NCBI RefSeq assembly: GCF_036321535.1
Contig: NC_087437.1
Span: 91,576,001-91,640,000 of the forward strand
Direction: 5' to 3'
Length of the DNA stretch: 64,000 nucleotides
Source: Camelus dromedarius
Lineage: Eukaryota
In this document: positions 1-13,861 of the stretch, one piece after another
Numbering within the stretch: the first letter of the stretch is position 1
How the letters are laid out: every line of letters begins with the position of its first letter
The notes under the pieces: generated by a model
Told to the model about the DNA's origin: nothing
Databases searched by the model: none
What the model saw: only the letters and a program-made list of their open reading frames with translations
Program-made: the position numbers and the translations under genes

Positions 1-660
1 GTTTGAATATTTTTATTTATAGAACACAGAAAAATTTTTTCCAAACCATTATTACATTTATTCTAACTAGAAGAGCACATGTTCTTTGAAAGAAAAATAA
101 ATTATTAGCTATATTTTTTAAATATGATGCTTATTATTTAAAATCTCACAGGCACATTGATTCTTGTAAAGCACAGAAGATTCTTAAAGCAGTTATAAAT
201 AGTTTTCCTTTCCCCAAAAGCACCTATGCATGCAAACATAATTTTCACTCAATAATTGTATTTAGTAAAAGTTAGTATTTTAGAATATGTACTATGGGAG
301 AAGGAAATAGAATATGTATTATATTTCAGAAACATTACAAATTGTTTTATAAATTGTATCTGTAAATATATATTTCAGTAAACAACAAATATTCTTTATG
401 GGTACCAATCAATATTTATTCAAAAATAAATACCTAAGCCTCAATTTTTATTGTTGTTGCTGTTTACATTTTAGTTTCACATTAGTCCTATATGAGATAT
501 CCTCTTACCTTAGCCAAATCTTTTTTGTTTAACTAAATGCCACAGATGTTTTTCTAGTAAGCATGTGCATATGAGAAATGAGTTGTTCACAGTGTAGTTA
601 CTTGTAATACAAACAGCTATTTATAAATTATGTTTGATCACAGTCCTCTTTATATTGAAG

Positions 661-871
661 GAAATATTGCAACCGTTTAGCATCGCTAGTGTTTGGTTAC
701 AAAAGATTCCCTATATTATTCATTCTGGTAATATTCTTAAGCAAGCTGAAACTGTTGATGAAGATGGAAATTGGCTGATAAATATAATGGTCTCTTTAGA
801 AGCATGTTCAAATCTATCTTCTTGCTATCCTAATGAATATGGAAGTCTGCCCAGTGTGATTGGACTAAAAG
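661..871 (+). CDS. Candidate exon (phase 0 to 1): EILQPFSIASVWLQKIPYIIHSGNILKQAETVDEDGNWLINIMVSLEACSNLSSCYPNEYGSLPSVIGLK
   Basis: Acceptor cctctttatattgaag|G at 660/661 and donor AAG|gtcaga at 871/872. 70 open codons (inside ORF 634-915), higher GC than the flanks, retained CpGs, NLS sequon. Confidence 0.55.
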
Positions 872-3800
872 GTCAGAGGCTTTGTAAAGTACAAATCTTC
901 TTGCAAGGGCAGTAGCAGCAACTAGAATATAGATTGGAAAAAAAATACAATAAAACACTGTGAATATGTATGTATGTGTGTATGTATGTGCATATGGTCT
1001 GTATATACATACATTTATATGAAAAATTCAAAATAGTTAATAAAATATTGCAATATCATGTTCAAAACTAAACATGAGCTGCCTCTATGCATTATCTTTC
1101 GCTATACATAACGTAAGAATTGTAAATTAGATGGCTGTGTTACATGTAGGAATTGTTAGGTTGTAATAAGCTCTTAGATTTTACAAAAGCTTGCATTGTC
1201 ATTATGTAAGCAATTCTTTCAAATTAAAGTACTTACAAAGTATTTATCCATTAAACACAAACAGGAGAAATGTTCTGCTCCAAATTATTTTGATGCCTTC
1301 CCTAAAAAGTACTAGTACTGGATAAACAAATCTGTTTAAAAGAAAAAAACTCACCAAATTAAAAATGAGGGATTAGTAGTTAAGCCCTTTTTCATCCAAT
1401 GGGCCATGCTAAGCTATAGAAAATTAAGAACTATATATATAAATAAAATTTCCCAAAAGAATTTGACTTATTATTTAACTGTTTCTTCACTAATATGTAA
1501 GGAAAACAAACAAAAAAGAAAAGAAAGGTTAAATTTGAAAACCACAAGTTTATTCTAAATTTTATGATTTAGGAAAGAAGTCATTCACTGAGAATTCAAC
1601 AAGACAAATTAGCTATGCTGTTTTATTTAGTTTTAGTTCATTGCTCTACTACATTAATTCTTTAAGAAGCTTGCATCTTAATTTCCTTGATGCTATTTAC
1701 ATTAAGAAAATGAGTAGGTGTTTAATGAAAAGAAGACAAATCAGTGTTAAATAGTAATTATCTAATTACTAGAGTAAGAGCACTTGATAGTTGCTTTCTG
1801 TGTATAGTGTTGAATGGAAATAACAGTTTAAATGACAAACAAAACTGGATCTTTAACATTAGAATAATACAAAAGGAACTTCTGTAAAATAATAGTCTAA
1901 TATTTTATAATTAAGTATGGAATAGATAGCATATCCAGAAAATAATCTTGATCCATGATATCCAGTCACTATATATTACTTTTAATTTTATTTAAAAGTA
2001 GTTTTTAAATAAAATGATTATTCAGCCCCCATTTTTTATCCCAAATCCTTTTAATATATAATATTCTGGAGAGCTGCATATCTGCAACTAAAAAAAATCA
2101 GATGTAAATCTATATTTAAATAATGAAAAAAACTATTAAACTATATAAGACATGAAAAAGAAGACAACCCAGCCCTTCAGACTTTAATTTTATTCATTAA
2201 GTGGTTGTTTATGACTATTGAATGCATGTTTGGCATTTCCATTCAACATCATGTTTATATGTAACTACTAAAACTTGTTCCCAAAGTATTAAGCATGAAT
2301 ACAAGCTTCTCTTTCAAACATTTGGCAAAATGGATAAAAACTAACATGCATAAGGGGGAAATATCACACATGCATCAGCCCTGAAATGATGGGTGGAAGC
2401 CAAACTCATGACATAAACTTTGAAGAACTCTCACCAGGAAAAAAAAAGAAAAAAAATTAGATGAAATTTGGTTGAAGGAGGCATCCCAGTGAAGGCAGCA
2501 GAAAATACCCTTGCAAAACCTTCACAAAAACCTTTAATTTAGAGGGAAAGGAGTTGGAAGCTAAGTTAGCCCATGAAACAGAAAGGAACCCAGTCAAGAA
2601 GAGTCATTTTTGCCTCAATGGTCAACTTCATTACTGGTGGCAGAAAAAAAAATTGGGAGAGCCGATAGAGACACATCAAAAATGGAGGCTATAGAGTGCT
2701 CTTCTCCCTTAAAATCTTACCTATAGAGCAGATTTTACATTAATACATTTGCACAGAGGGTGAAATGGGTCATGTGTAAACTAATACCTTATGAAATTGA
2801 TCAACCAAAGTAGAATTGAACCTTGGGAATACTGGTTAAAAAAAAATATATATATATATATAAGCGTTCAGTCTGTTACTGTAGAGATTTTCTTTTAACA
2901 TTTCACACCAGAGTATACCCTAATTTTATACGACATCTTATCCATCTTAAAAGAGCAAACGTTCAGTTCAAAAATATATAGAGAGTAGTTCAAATAATAG
3001 TTTCATTTATTTTATGGTTATATTATAAATTATGTTTTTGCTATTTAAATTCAATAGTTCAATTAAAGAATAACTTTACATGTCCTGTAAGGGAGAAATC
3101 TAACAGCACGAAGATTTTTTTTTTTTAATTAGGAAACAAAATTAATGGCATATTAAGATTACCACTAGTGGAAACTATAACAATAAAAGGTGATGCTTCA
3201 AATCAATAAGTGAAAGGATGTATTTTGCAATAAATGATTTACGAAAAATTGACTTATTAAAATGCAAAATAAAATTGGTTAATTTCCTAAACTTAATAAT
3301 ATCAAAGTATATTCCAAATGTATTTAACATATAATTATCAAAGAATCCCTAAAATATCAAATACAAGGTAAATGTGCATAATTTAGTTTGGGTGAAATTT
3401 TTCTAAGAAAAATATCACAAGCAAAATATTTAAAGGAAAATATTGATCTTCTACTGTAACAAAGTAATAAATCCAGTTGCCAATAAAAATAATAAAATTT
3501 AAATGATAAACTAAGATATTCTGAGCCCATAGAAACAAGTATGATTTGATTGACTTGAATAAGTGTCATAAATGGTAAATCTGCGAAACATATAGTACAA
3601 TTGATTAGTTTGAAATCAATGAATCAACCTCATTATTTGAATCAAATAATATAATAGATTTTTTTGATTTTAAAACATTGTTTGATGGTAAAAATAATTT
3701 ACATATATTAATTCTTTCATTCTTGTGCAAATGAGGAAACCAAAACACAAGGACTTCAATTCTATATATTTAAACAATGGAACAACGAAATGGAGCAGAA

Positions 3801-3965
3801 TATTATAGATTCTGGCAAGACATCCCTTCCTCTAAAAAAAAAAAAAAAAGCTATTTTTATGTGAAAGATAAATCTGGACGTGGGATGCCCTGCAAACCTG
3901 TTCCAGAACATTTGTTCACAGTCCTCTTCTCTTTATATCTTTGGATTTCTTCATCTCTTATTCAG

Positions 3966-4177
3966 TTTCACAGTTTCCCACTTGTTTCTTCCAAAAATAA
4001 AAAAGAAAAAAATGGTCTTATTTACCCTGAAATACAAATATTCTTTATTCTACCCCTGATGAAAATAACACTAATGTTTCTTTCTGAATGCACGAACCAG
4101 ATTTATTTTTATCAAAACCATTTTTTGTTGAATTCTGGAGAAGTTAGTAGCTCCTTCTGTAAAACTTAGGGGATCTG
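3966..4177 (+). pseudogene. Candidate disrupted exon: ..SQFPTCFFQK*KRKKWSYLP*NTNILYSTPDENNTNVSF* / ..ILEKLVAPSVKLRGS
   Basis: Long pyrimidine tract ending tattcag (3965) or cacag (3973), donor CTG|gtaaga at 4177/4178. Stops or frameshifts are needed to read through. Confidence 0.35.
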
Positions 4178-4421
4178 GTAAGATAATTTTCTAAACATTA
4201 AAATAGTAAATGCTCTTTTGGAAAGTCAAAACCCAGTGTGAAAATACTGGAAATAAATAGTGTTAAAAAAGGGAAACTAAACAACAGAAGATCATAATGT
4301 TCTTCCAACTTTGTAAATTTAGGGTGAGCATGTAAGTCAACCAGAGCCTATAGAAATAAAGAGTTGTTTGCTGGAATCTCTGATAAATTTGCTTGATACC
4401 TGAGCCTCTTTCTCTTTACAG

Positions 4422-4565
4422 CACATTCTATAGCTTGCTCAGATCAAAATCTGTTTTATAAACATCTTCCTACCTAGTGTGTTCAGTAGTTGTAGTATTT
4501 TACTGTTGAGTCACTGTTTGCGCATCCGTGAAAGATACTACAGTTGACCACTATTGCTCTAAACT
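4422..4565 (+). pseudogene. Candidate disrupted exon (HSIACSDQNLFYKHLP.. / ..VTVCASVKDTTVDHYCSK)
   Basis: Strong acceptor ctctttctctttacag| at 4421, weak donor ACT|gtaaat, multiple stops. Confidence 0.25.
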
Positions 4566-5319
4566 GTAAATTAGCTTTGAAATGTTTGCTCTGGAGTGTG
4601 TCCCTCAAACTGGGAAGTATTTCACCAATATTGTGAATTAGTGTATAATATCTTTTGGAATGTTTTCATTTAAAAGTTATTTCTTTTCCTCCCATATTTA
4701 TGCAATGATACAAATTGAGTTCATAGTGAAAATTAATGTCATGTTCTCTAATCTTCCATGATCTGTAATCTAGGGATGTTAGAAATTTACCTGGAGGAAG
4801 TGACAGTAATAAGAAAAAATGTTTAATGTAAATGAATGAAAACAATAATCCAAACACATTTGATTTCATTTGTAATTATGCTTTATGTCCTTATTAGTGG
4901 AAAAGACATTGAAACATTATCATTAAAAGGAAAAATAAATACTCCCATCTGTTCTTTCTCACAGCAAGTATCGTGATCTTGCACATGGTAGGGGGAGCCG
5001 GATTTATGTGTGGGGCACATATTAGCTTCACTATCCCAGGTTATTTCAATACTCACATCTCATTTTAAATTATAAGGATAAAGTAGAACATCAGGCTTTT
5101 TAACTTACAAATAGAAAATTTAGGGACTTGGATTTTTTACCTCTAACTCCAAATAATAGCAAAAAGTCTGTTAATATTAAAGAGATGGCCCTTTATGTTT
5201 AACTCATAAACTATCTCCCATTAGAAAAATGAAATAATTTTGACAGCCAAACACAGTTTTTACAATAAGAAAAGTTAGACATTATTGTTTAATTTGCATA
5301 AGTCTTTCTACTTTGCTGA

Positions 5320-6324
5320 TGTCAATCTAAAAAACAAGAGTGCAGTTCAAAAGGCTAGGCATTATTTGGGATCACAGAAGTGAAATTCGGAATACACAGA
5401 TTTAGGTAGAAACCAAATAGTGTCTCAATAATAGGAGAAGGGGCTCAGAGTTTTGTGGGAAAAAGAGAGGAAGTTGAGATAAGTCGTTTTTTTTAGAAGA
5501 GTTAATTGCTGCAAGATGAGGTGATCCATCAGGCGAAGTGTCCATTTGTAAAAGATGAGGTAAAGCCAGCTTTGTATTTCCCTGATTGGCTGGGTGAAGT
5601 GGTCACTAGGTATGAATTCATTTATTAGTCCTTTCAGTAAGATGTTCTCGTTTCTTTACTGACTTCTTGGAATGTAGGTGGTTTGGTCCAGTTTGGAGAA
5701 GGACATGCAAGGCAGTTCCTCTGGAATGGCTGCTCCAGCGGTTTTATTTGGCTCCACTCATGTTGTTACACCAAAAGGGGAGGCCCTTGCTTCTTGTCTC
5801 ACCCAAAAGAGAATTCAGGTGAGAGATAAAAGCCTTGTGTAGTTAAAGATTTTAAAGATTTTATTAGCAAAGCAAAAGTACAATTCCAAGAGCAGAAGGC
5901 AGGCTGATTGAAGAGAGGATGGCAGCCCTGGTCTTTGTTTGCCCCTTTTCTTGTACCCGTGTTTAGAGGTGGTCTCATGATTGATTGACAGCTCTTGCAC
6001 CTGGAGCGCTTAGTCATGGTCGTCCCCTTTTGTACATGTTCTTACCTATGATATACACAGAAAAACTCATGGTGGAGGGCCCTAAACCACAATGCTAATT
6101 ATATTACAATGAGCATTGGGTCATGTCGGGTTATGTCCTTGTCACTACCCCAGTCTCACCCATCCGGTTCCAACCAGTTTCTTGCTGATATTCATTTAGA
6201 GGAAGTAAAGCCCCTTATGCTGAAGGTGGGATAATGCCATCTTCTAAACCATCCTCCATCTCCTCCACCTTATCAGACTGGTGCCCCCACTTATCTAACT
6301 GCCTAACAATGTCACCTTTTCACA
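5320..6324 (-). mobile_element. ERV1-class LTR interrupted near one end by a younger solo LTR
   Basis: Starts TGTCAA at 5320 with LTR-like composition to 5763. A short remnant follows the nested LTR. Confidence 0.55.
5764..6308 (-). mobile_element. ERV1 solo LTR, copy 1, 4-bp TSD ATGT
   Basis: TGTTA...TAACA termini with ATGT at 5760-5763 and 6309-6312. Minus-strand AATAAA near 5860. Homologous to 9920-10468. Confidence 0.85.
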
Positions 6325-6820
6325 TTTGAATTTATCTTTTCTTCCCTATTTCATTTAAATTCTAGATAAATGAAGATAAAATTTTAATAAGCATCTAGCT
6401 GTATCTGCTTTTGATTTTATTTAATTCTTAGAGGCACTTAAAACACATCTTACAAGGGAAACAGGGAGAATAAAATTCTCGTTAATTTCTGCACATTTTC
6501 ATAAGGAAGCAAAGGGGATTCTCAAAAGAATGCATTATTTCTTTATTGCACCCAAGACTTGTAAATAATTGTGGAATAGCACTGAAGGTAACTTTGTCCT
6601 AGATTGTTGTGGCTTGATTTGTACTATATTATTAACATCGTTGTTAATTTTTAGGTTTTTTAGGAATAGATTAATATTTCTACTTATGTGGCAATAGTAT
6701 CACAGGAATGTAAATACCCAGATGTACCATAATCTGTGGCAGAATAATCCCAACAATGGATTTGAGTTGAAAAGGAGCCTCACCAACTTCTTCCCAATTT
6801 TAGCAGCTCCCCTTACACTC

Positions 6821-7132
6821 TTTTTTTTTTTTAACTAAAGTATAGTTGATTTACAATATTATATTAGTTTTAGGAATGCAAAATATTGACTCAGTATTTA
6901 AAGTTATTACAAAATAATAATGGCTCTAGTTCCCTGTGCTGTACAATATATCCTTATTGCTTTTTTATTTTATACATAATAGTTTGTATCTTTTAATCCC
7001 ATATCCCTATCTCATCCCTCCCCCCTTCTTTTTCCCACTAGTGTCCACTAGTTCTCTGTATCTGTGAGTCTCTTTCTGTTTGTTATACACATTCGTTTTA
7101 TTTTTTAGAGCCCACATATAAGTAATAACATA
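6821..7132 (-). mobile_element. 5'-truncated L1 3' UTR
   Basis: Poly-T at 6821-6832 followed by aagtatagttgatttacaatatt...tccctgtgctgtaca, typical of laurasiatherian L1 3' ends. Confidence 0.85.
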
Positions 7133-8485
7133 GATTCTTGATAAGAGCCATTGACAATAGCTCTCAATAGTTCATAAAATGCTCGGCAAACTCAGGTAAC
7201 ACCCTTTTCCTCATTTGCAACTTGATTACTTCCTCTAAATTCTACTTTAAAAAAGTTGTCAACCACCCCAAATACTTTTTTCCTTGAGTTATGCACTATA
7301 GTCTAGGCAAAGTCTTTTGACATTTACAGATGCAAAGGGTATTCTGAATATAATCACATGGATTCACTAAAAGGACAGTTTTAATTTTCATATATTTATA
7401 TGTGTTTTATTTTCGCTGTCAATTGAGAAAAAATAGTCACAGTTACCTCAGTAAAAACTATGTAATTAATGTAGTATTTTTATTGCCAGAAGAAGCAATC
7501 ATCATAAATTGACAGACTTTAAAATAATTTTATGTAGTGCATGAACCTAGCCAACAGAAAATTAACAGTCAAAAACGCTATTCATAAGATTTACTATATT
7601 TTCATGATTTTAAGAAGCTAAGTTTATAAGGAATATCATTGATTTGATAACAGTTTTTATTAGCCTTATTAACACAAGGTTTGAAGATGGTAATGCTAAC
7701 ACAGTAAAGCGATTTTAATTAAACACATTGATTGCACAATGCCTTCCAATTCTTGAGAAATTAATAATTGAAAAAATATATATGTATGTGAGAGGAAATA
7801 TATTATTTCAAACTCAAAGTACAAGCTCAGCATAATCGTTCTAAAAAAAATTCATCTGTCATTAAAAGAAACATTGAAGTAAATATTTGTATGAATATGA
7901 GAACACAATGAAGAAGTGATAATAAAGATAAATTAATAATAAACTTATTTCCCCTTAGCAGAGAGTGTTTCATTTTTATGATTAATATTCATTGTTACTA
8001 ATAATTAACAGTGCATGCTATTCTAAATGTGGCCTAGTCATTGATCAAGGCAAAGAATGTGAATTATAAAGCTGGACTTTCAGCTCTAGACAGTTTGATG
8101 CAAGTACTTGAGGAAGTCATTTTCATTTTCTCATCCTTAGTCTCCAGGTCTCCAAAATTAGTATAACTATACCTGTAAAATCTATCTGAGGTCGTTGTTA
8201 ATGTTAAATAATAAATGACAAACATGCTTTGCAATGTAAAATCTTTATCCAAACAATGTTTTATGCTATCACTATACCATTAACAAAAGAAATAATAATA
8301 CATACTTCAAGTTATTCAAACATAAAAAGGAGGCAATACTTGTGAAATTTATAGCATGACTCACATAATAAATATTCCATGAATAAAAGTGACTCTTTTG
8401 CCCCTTTCCTGTTTGCCCATTTCTGTTTCCTTCTAACCTTGGAAGAATCTATTAACCTGTTGATTGTTTTCCTAGATAAAAAAGA

Positions 8486-8855
8486 TGTAAGAGTAGAGTT
8501 AAGTAGTTAAAGAATGACTAACTGTCTACCCACAACAGCCCCCTTAGCAATCCTGCAGGCAGATAATGCAGGCAATATAACATTGGAAGAGAGAGTAAGC
8601 CAGCCTGCATGCAATGGAGAATGACGCAGAACTGAACTTCCTGACTCAACGATTCACTAAGATTCTCCCCCTTCCCACCTTTTCCCTTTAAAACTATCAT
8701 GGTTGAGCAAAATCTTCAGAGTTGGTCTCAGGACGAGTCTACCTTCTTCCTAGACTGCTGGCTTTTCTGATTAAAGCATCTTTCCATTCTACTGACACTT
8801 GCCTCTTGATTATTGGCTTCTAAGCAGCAAGCAGACGAATCTGAATTTGGTAACA
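8486..8855 (+). mobile_element. ERV1-class solo LTR
   Basis: TGTAA...TAACA termini, TATA-like tttaaaa, ATTAAA near 8770, U5-like gcagcaagcag..aatctgaatttggtaaca. Confidence 0.7.
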
Positions 8856-9204
8856 TAAGTTTCCTAAAGCACATATGTTTGTGTATTTGTTGTGATTTTA
8901 AGTACTGAAAACCTTTATATATTGTACTATTTGATGTGTAAATACATTTCTAGATAAAAGCAATATTTTATTATCCTTTTTAAAAAAGCATTTTGCAGTG
9001 CCTTAGTATTTAATTGCTTAGATTTTAGTTACCGTGTTGACCCTGTGCTCTCCATTTTGCAAACAAATCAATTATAAAATTATCAAGTAATGTATTAACT
9101 TTGTATAATAAAATATCATTTACTTAATATTTGTAAAGTTGGCATAATTTTTGAGCTTTGAATGAATAACTTCAAATTTTAGCTCAAATATTTTTAAGTT
9201 TCAG

Positions 9205-9490
9205 GCTGCTAGAGGACATTTTAAAAACTGCTACGTTCTAAATTGCAATTAATTTTTCTACCCCTTTGAGCACATTTAAGTCTGAATTTGTTACTTTAAT
9301 TAAACTGAATAATTCAAATATTAAATGAAACTCTGTAACCTCAACTAATTGAAAAATGAGTGGGCTGATTACTGAATCTGATGACAGACTTCAAAGTGTA
9401 TAGTTCCTATTAAATTCATATTTATTTCTAAACATATTTAAAAATTACATTCTTATGAACCTGAATTAAAAGGACAATTCTCACTTTTGG
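9205..9490 (+). pseudogene. Candidate disrupted exon (LLEDILKTATF*IAINFSTPLSTFKSEFVTLIKLNNSNIK*.. / ..KLHSYEPELKGQFSLL)
   Basis: Acceptor tttttaagtttcag| at 9204 and consensus donor TGG|gtaagt at 9490/9491. Stops in all frames. Confidence 0.3.
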
Positions 9491-9854
9491 GTAAGTGTGT
9501 GTGCGTGTCTGTGTGTGTTAAAGTTAGACCATTCTATTAGGTTTTCTGCTTGATATTCATCACTTTCATGGATCCTCAATAAAAATGCTCCTCAGATAAA
9601 TTCCACCCTTCTTGATCAAAATGTGTAAGTTTCAGTCTTGAAAAGCATCATTGATTAAAATTATTTTAATAGTAAAGTTGAATTTGATTAAGTTAAGACT
9701 TTCATGTTTGAAAAATCTTAACTGAATTGATAAATGTATATGATGGATGGAAATGTCAGGAAAATATCTCTGTTGCTTTTGTTTTTAATTTCAGTGGTAT
9801 TCAAATAGCTTGCCTAAATATGAACATGGCTGATTGAGAAACTGTTGTCTAAAG

Positions 9855-9899
<45 letters not shown>
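9855..9899. repeat. Compound microsatellite (TA)n(GA)n
   Basis: Read directly. Confidence 0.95.
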
Positions 9900-9919
9900 G
9901 TGGATAATTATTATGGTTC

Positions 9920-10468
9920 TGTTACCCTAAAAGGTAAAGACCCTGATTCTTTTCATACCTGAAAGGCAAGTTTACAGTTGGGAGATGGTGGGTTGTGTAG
10001 CTAAAGATTTTAAAAGATTTATTTAAAAGGAAAGGAAAAGTACACCCCCAATAACGGGAGGCAGGCTGGTCCAAGGGAGGAAAAGTGGTGGCTTTTGTCG
10101 CCCCTTTCTCTTTTACCCTTGCTTTGAGGTGGTCTTTTGATTGACTGACTGCTCTTGTCCCTGGAATGCTTAGTCATGTTTGGCCTCTTTGCAAATGTCC
10201 TTACCCATGATGTACACAGAAAAAAAACTATGTGGGGGGTGACTAAACTGAAACGTTAATTCTAATAAAATGAGCATTGTGTCTGTTTAAGTCCTTTCTG
10301 CTACTGCGCAGTCATGGCTGTTGGGTTTTAACCAGTTTTTTCGCTGGCACTCACTTAGAAGAAGTCAGGTCCCTTTATGCTGGAGGCGGGCATAAGACCA
10401 TCTTCCAGACCATCCTCCCTCTCCTCCACCTATCTGCCTGGTGCCCCCACTTATCTAACTACCTAACA
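9920..10468 (-). mobile_element. ERV1 solo LTR, copy 2 of the same or a related family, 4-bp TSD GTTC
   Basis: TGTTA...TAACA termini with GTTC at 9916-9919 and 10469-10472. Shares ggtgcccccacttatctaact.cctaaca and other blocks with copy 1. Confidence 0.85.
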
Positions 10469-12438
10469 GTTCCAGTAATATGAAAATATTAAATAATACA
10501 AAGCATTTGTCTTTTAACCTTCTTAATAAGAAAATCAATATATGTTAATTATTTACAATTTCATTAACATTAACAACAATATAATTTAAGTTCTGATCCT
10601 CACAGTGAAATAAAAAAGTTGTTAGATTTCTTTTTTCAATTTAGTAAATGGCCTAGTAAATCTTGTTCTCCATAAAAGGAGACTTTACCTTAGATTTCTT
10701 TTTTATTGCCTTTAACCAAAAATATATCACCTTAGCTAGTTCTATTTCCTTGTTCCTTTGTTAGAGTTAAATGATTTGTTTTACTATAAATACATATGTA
10801 AATGACCAAATACATTCCAAAAATAGCTGAGAATTTTTAAGTTCCTTTTTGTTCCCTTATGTTTTTAATTTCATGTTACTAATTAGATCAGAGGGAAAAA
10901 ATATCAATGTACTATACCTATATGTAGAACTACTATAGGTCTTATAAAGTTCAGTTTTATTTACTACTTTTACATTTTGATGATTCAAATCTAATTATAA
11001 ATGCAAGCCAGCTGTTCCTGAGTATTGACTTTTGAGTACTGGATGTATTTCTTTGTGCATACCAGAGTTGCCTTGTAATCACCAGAACCATTCACCCAAG
11101 GTCTTACGAGGTTTTCTTAGTTATTGGTACAATATTAATGGGTAGTCAAATGTCAACTCTTCCTTCTGGTCCCATAATCAATGAAAGCCATTCAGTCCTT
11201 AATAGTAATCTGGCAACTATTTTTCATGCTCTACTGAAAAAGAAAACAGAAAAATTAAATGACCTGAATAAAATTCATATGCTCTATTAATCTGAGTCTT
11301 TAATAAAGCAGTTGGATAGGAGATTATTGAAGACACTTTTAAACAATGGGAAGATACATTTTTTATCCAGATTAATGAAATCCATTAATTAGCACCTCAA
11401 TGTTAGTTTTTAAAATTTTATTTAGCACTTTGCAAAAATTTTCACATTTATTTTCTTAACTAGAAAATCTTGACTCTATCTTGATATAGATAAAAATAGA
11501 TATTATTGGCATAGAGATTAGGAAACTAAGAAGATATGCTTAAGATTAGTAAATAGTGTCTAACAGAGGAAAAGTCATTTTGTTTCCAGACCTAAAATTG
11601 AAACTTTTCTGACTTATGCACATGACAATTAAAATTCTCCCCAATGCATTAATAAAATACAGAGCTTTTCATTGTTACACTAAGACATGATATGAATTAT
11701 TAGTAATACCTACAGGTCTGATATATACAAAGAGACAGGATCTCATCCTACGGAATTATTTTTGTGTGAACACCTATCCAGTCTCTGGTCTTTAGCTTTT
11801 CACGTGTAAAAAAGAAAATCAACATTGTGAGTAAAATTAGACACATATTATGAGTCTGTTATATCCTCAGCCATACTTAATGAAGTTATAGTTACACTGA
11901 GTGGGTATGCATTAATTTCCAGTGTAAGAAACATCTCTAAAGCAAAGAGTACAGTTTTCACTCTTCTGCATCTTTCCCCCTTTAAAATAATTGAAAGCAA
12001 TGTAAATTTATATTTAGGAGGTTTGTTGATTAGTACTGAACTACATCCAGGAAAATCAGTTGGATGATGTCAGTGTCTAGTGGAATACAATTATGTTAAA
12101 TTCATGTAACCATCTATAATATACAGAAAACTTTGTAAAGTATTAAGATCTTTCTTTAAGGAACTATCTTTCTGGTCTGTGTGGTGAAACACAGGTACAT
12201 TCTGCTTCTCCATGTTTTCTCTTAGTAACTCTATCATCTTCCTATTAGCAATTTCTTTAATCATTGAACAATAAAGTTGCTTGATTTACAACTCTGCTTA
12301 GATTCTGTCTTCATGAAATTTCATCTCAGCTACTTTCACTGAACTTTTCAATATATGCATTACAAGTTTATACATATTGTCTTGGTCTGCTCATACAGTG
12401 AACTAATAGATTTAGCCATATTTTGTTGGATTTTTTAG

Positions 12439-12585
12439 GATACCAGAATATTAGTTGTTCCTACCATAAAGGAGAAATCAGTTATTTCATTAATCTTTCC
12501 TCTTCAGTTTCTGGAAATGGGTTGCAATATTACAAAAATGAAGTAATAAATTGGTACCCAAAAGAAATAGCAAAGCATTGTGATG
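12439..12585 (+). CDS. Candidate exon (phase 1 to 1, 147 nt): (G)YQNISCSYHKGEISYFINLSSSVSGNGLQYYKNEVINWYPKEIAKHCD(G)
   Basis: Acceptor ttttttag|G at 12438 and donor ATG|gtatat at 12585/12586. Fully open, length divisible by 3, two N-glycosylation sequons (NIS, NLS). Confidence 0.55.
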
Positions 12586-13861
12586 GTATATGTTGAAATA
12601 GTAATGATTAAAGGATTACAGCACTTTGCTTTTTTAAATAATGTAATTCATTTTATATGTCTATTTAAATTTTTTCATATTTTAGAGTCAACCAATATAC
12701 CTATTGGAATTTTTTTTACTATTGTTCTACATAATAGTTAGAATCAGATAGTGATCATTTACACTGGCTGAGAGTCTCAGAAGTCTCCAGAGATGAAATC
12801 TTAATGTCATTGGGTTTGCATATTTTAATCGCCTACAAGTTAAATTCTGACTGTGATAAAACACAATGAATGCCTGTTTTTGTGAACAAAAATGACTGAG
12901 TTCACCATGTGAACAGCACTAAAGTCAAAGCAACAAATTAGAGAGAAAACTGCTTTGAAGGAGTTTAGAATATAAGAGAAAGTTGACATTTGAAGATAAA
13001 ATTCAATGTTATTTATAACCATTTTAGTTTGACTTGACTAAAAGCTAGTGATGTAAAGTTTATTTCATAAAATCTTTCTTTGAAGGTTTATGAAAACAAT
13101 ATTAGAAATGCAAAGTTCCAACAGCCCTAAAAATAAGAATTTTATCTATCTATCTGCTTGTCAATATGTGCACTCACTGGGGGGAAATCAGTATGCAATT
13201 TTTGACAATTTATGCATTTCTTCTTGTGAAGAGTACCTCACAGAAAGGATAAAATTTGAGAAAGAAAACATCCTTCTAACTTCTTTCCAAGTACTTGGGA
13301 ACATTTCACTCTCAAATTTGGCAATATCTTTTTACTTAAGCAAATTCTTAAGCTATATTTCAGTCTATTCAATGAATATTATAGCAAAAGTGATTTTAAA
13401 AAAGTTCCATTTCTGAAGAGATACAGTCTGAGAAATGTTGGGTCTAGAAGAGCCATGGATAGAACTTACTGGCTAAAACAATTTATTCAGATTTCCTCAC
13501 AAAGTATTGTTTGACATATTCTCAGCATATCCTCATAAAGCTATACGTAGCAATAACACTTCTGATTTAAAAGCAATGAAGTCCCTAGTAGCAATCAGGA
13601 ACCCAGAAAATAAAAACAAGAGCAATCTAAATTTCATGTGTTTCCCATTTACAAAAATATGGAGTATTTAGTCATCTTCTCATTTAAGAATGAATAAACA
13701 GTAAAAAATAAACAGTAAAATAATTGCCATAAAGCAACTATAAAGGTATTCCATAACACAAGAAAACAAGCATAATACTGAGGATGCAAAGAAAAATATG
13801 CTTTAAATAATCTACAAGACATAGAAGTTAATTTTAGAAAGAACTACTCTATGATCAAAAT

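Noticed and set aside
3777..4169. 130-aa ORF
   Set aside because: Runs through an A-run and a polypyrimidine tract with no recognisable protein. Only its 3' part overlaps a candidate exon, probably in another frame.
5764..10468. Possible full provirus bounded by two LTRs
   Set aside because: Each LTR has its own TSD and there is no retroviral internal sequence between them.
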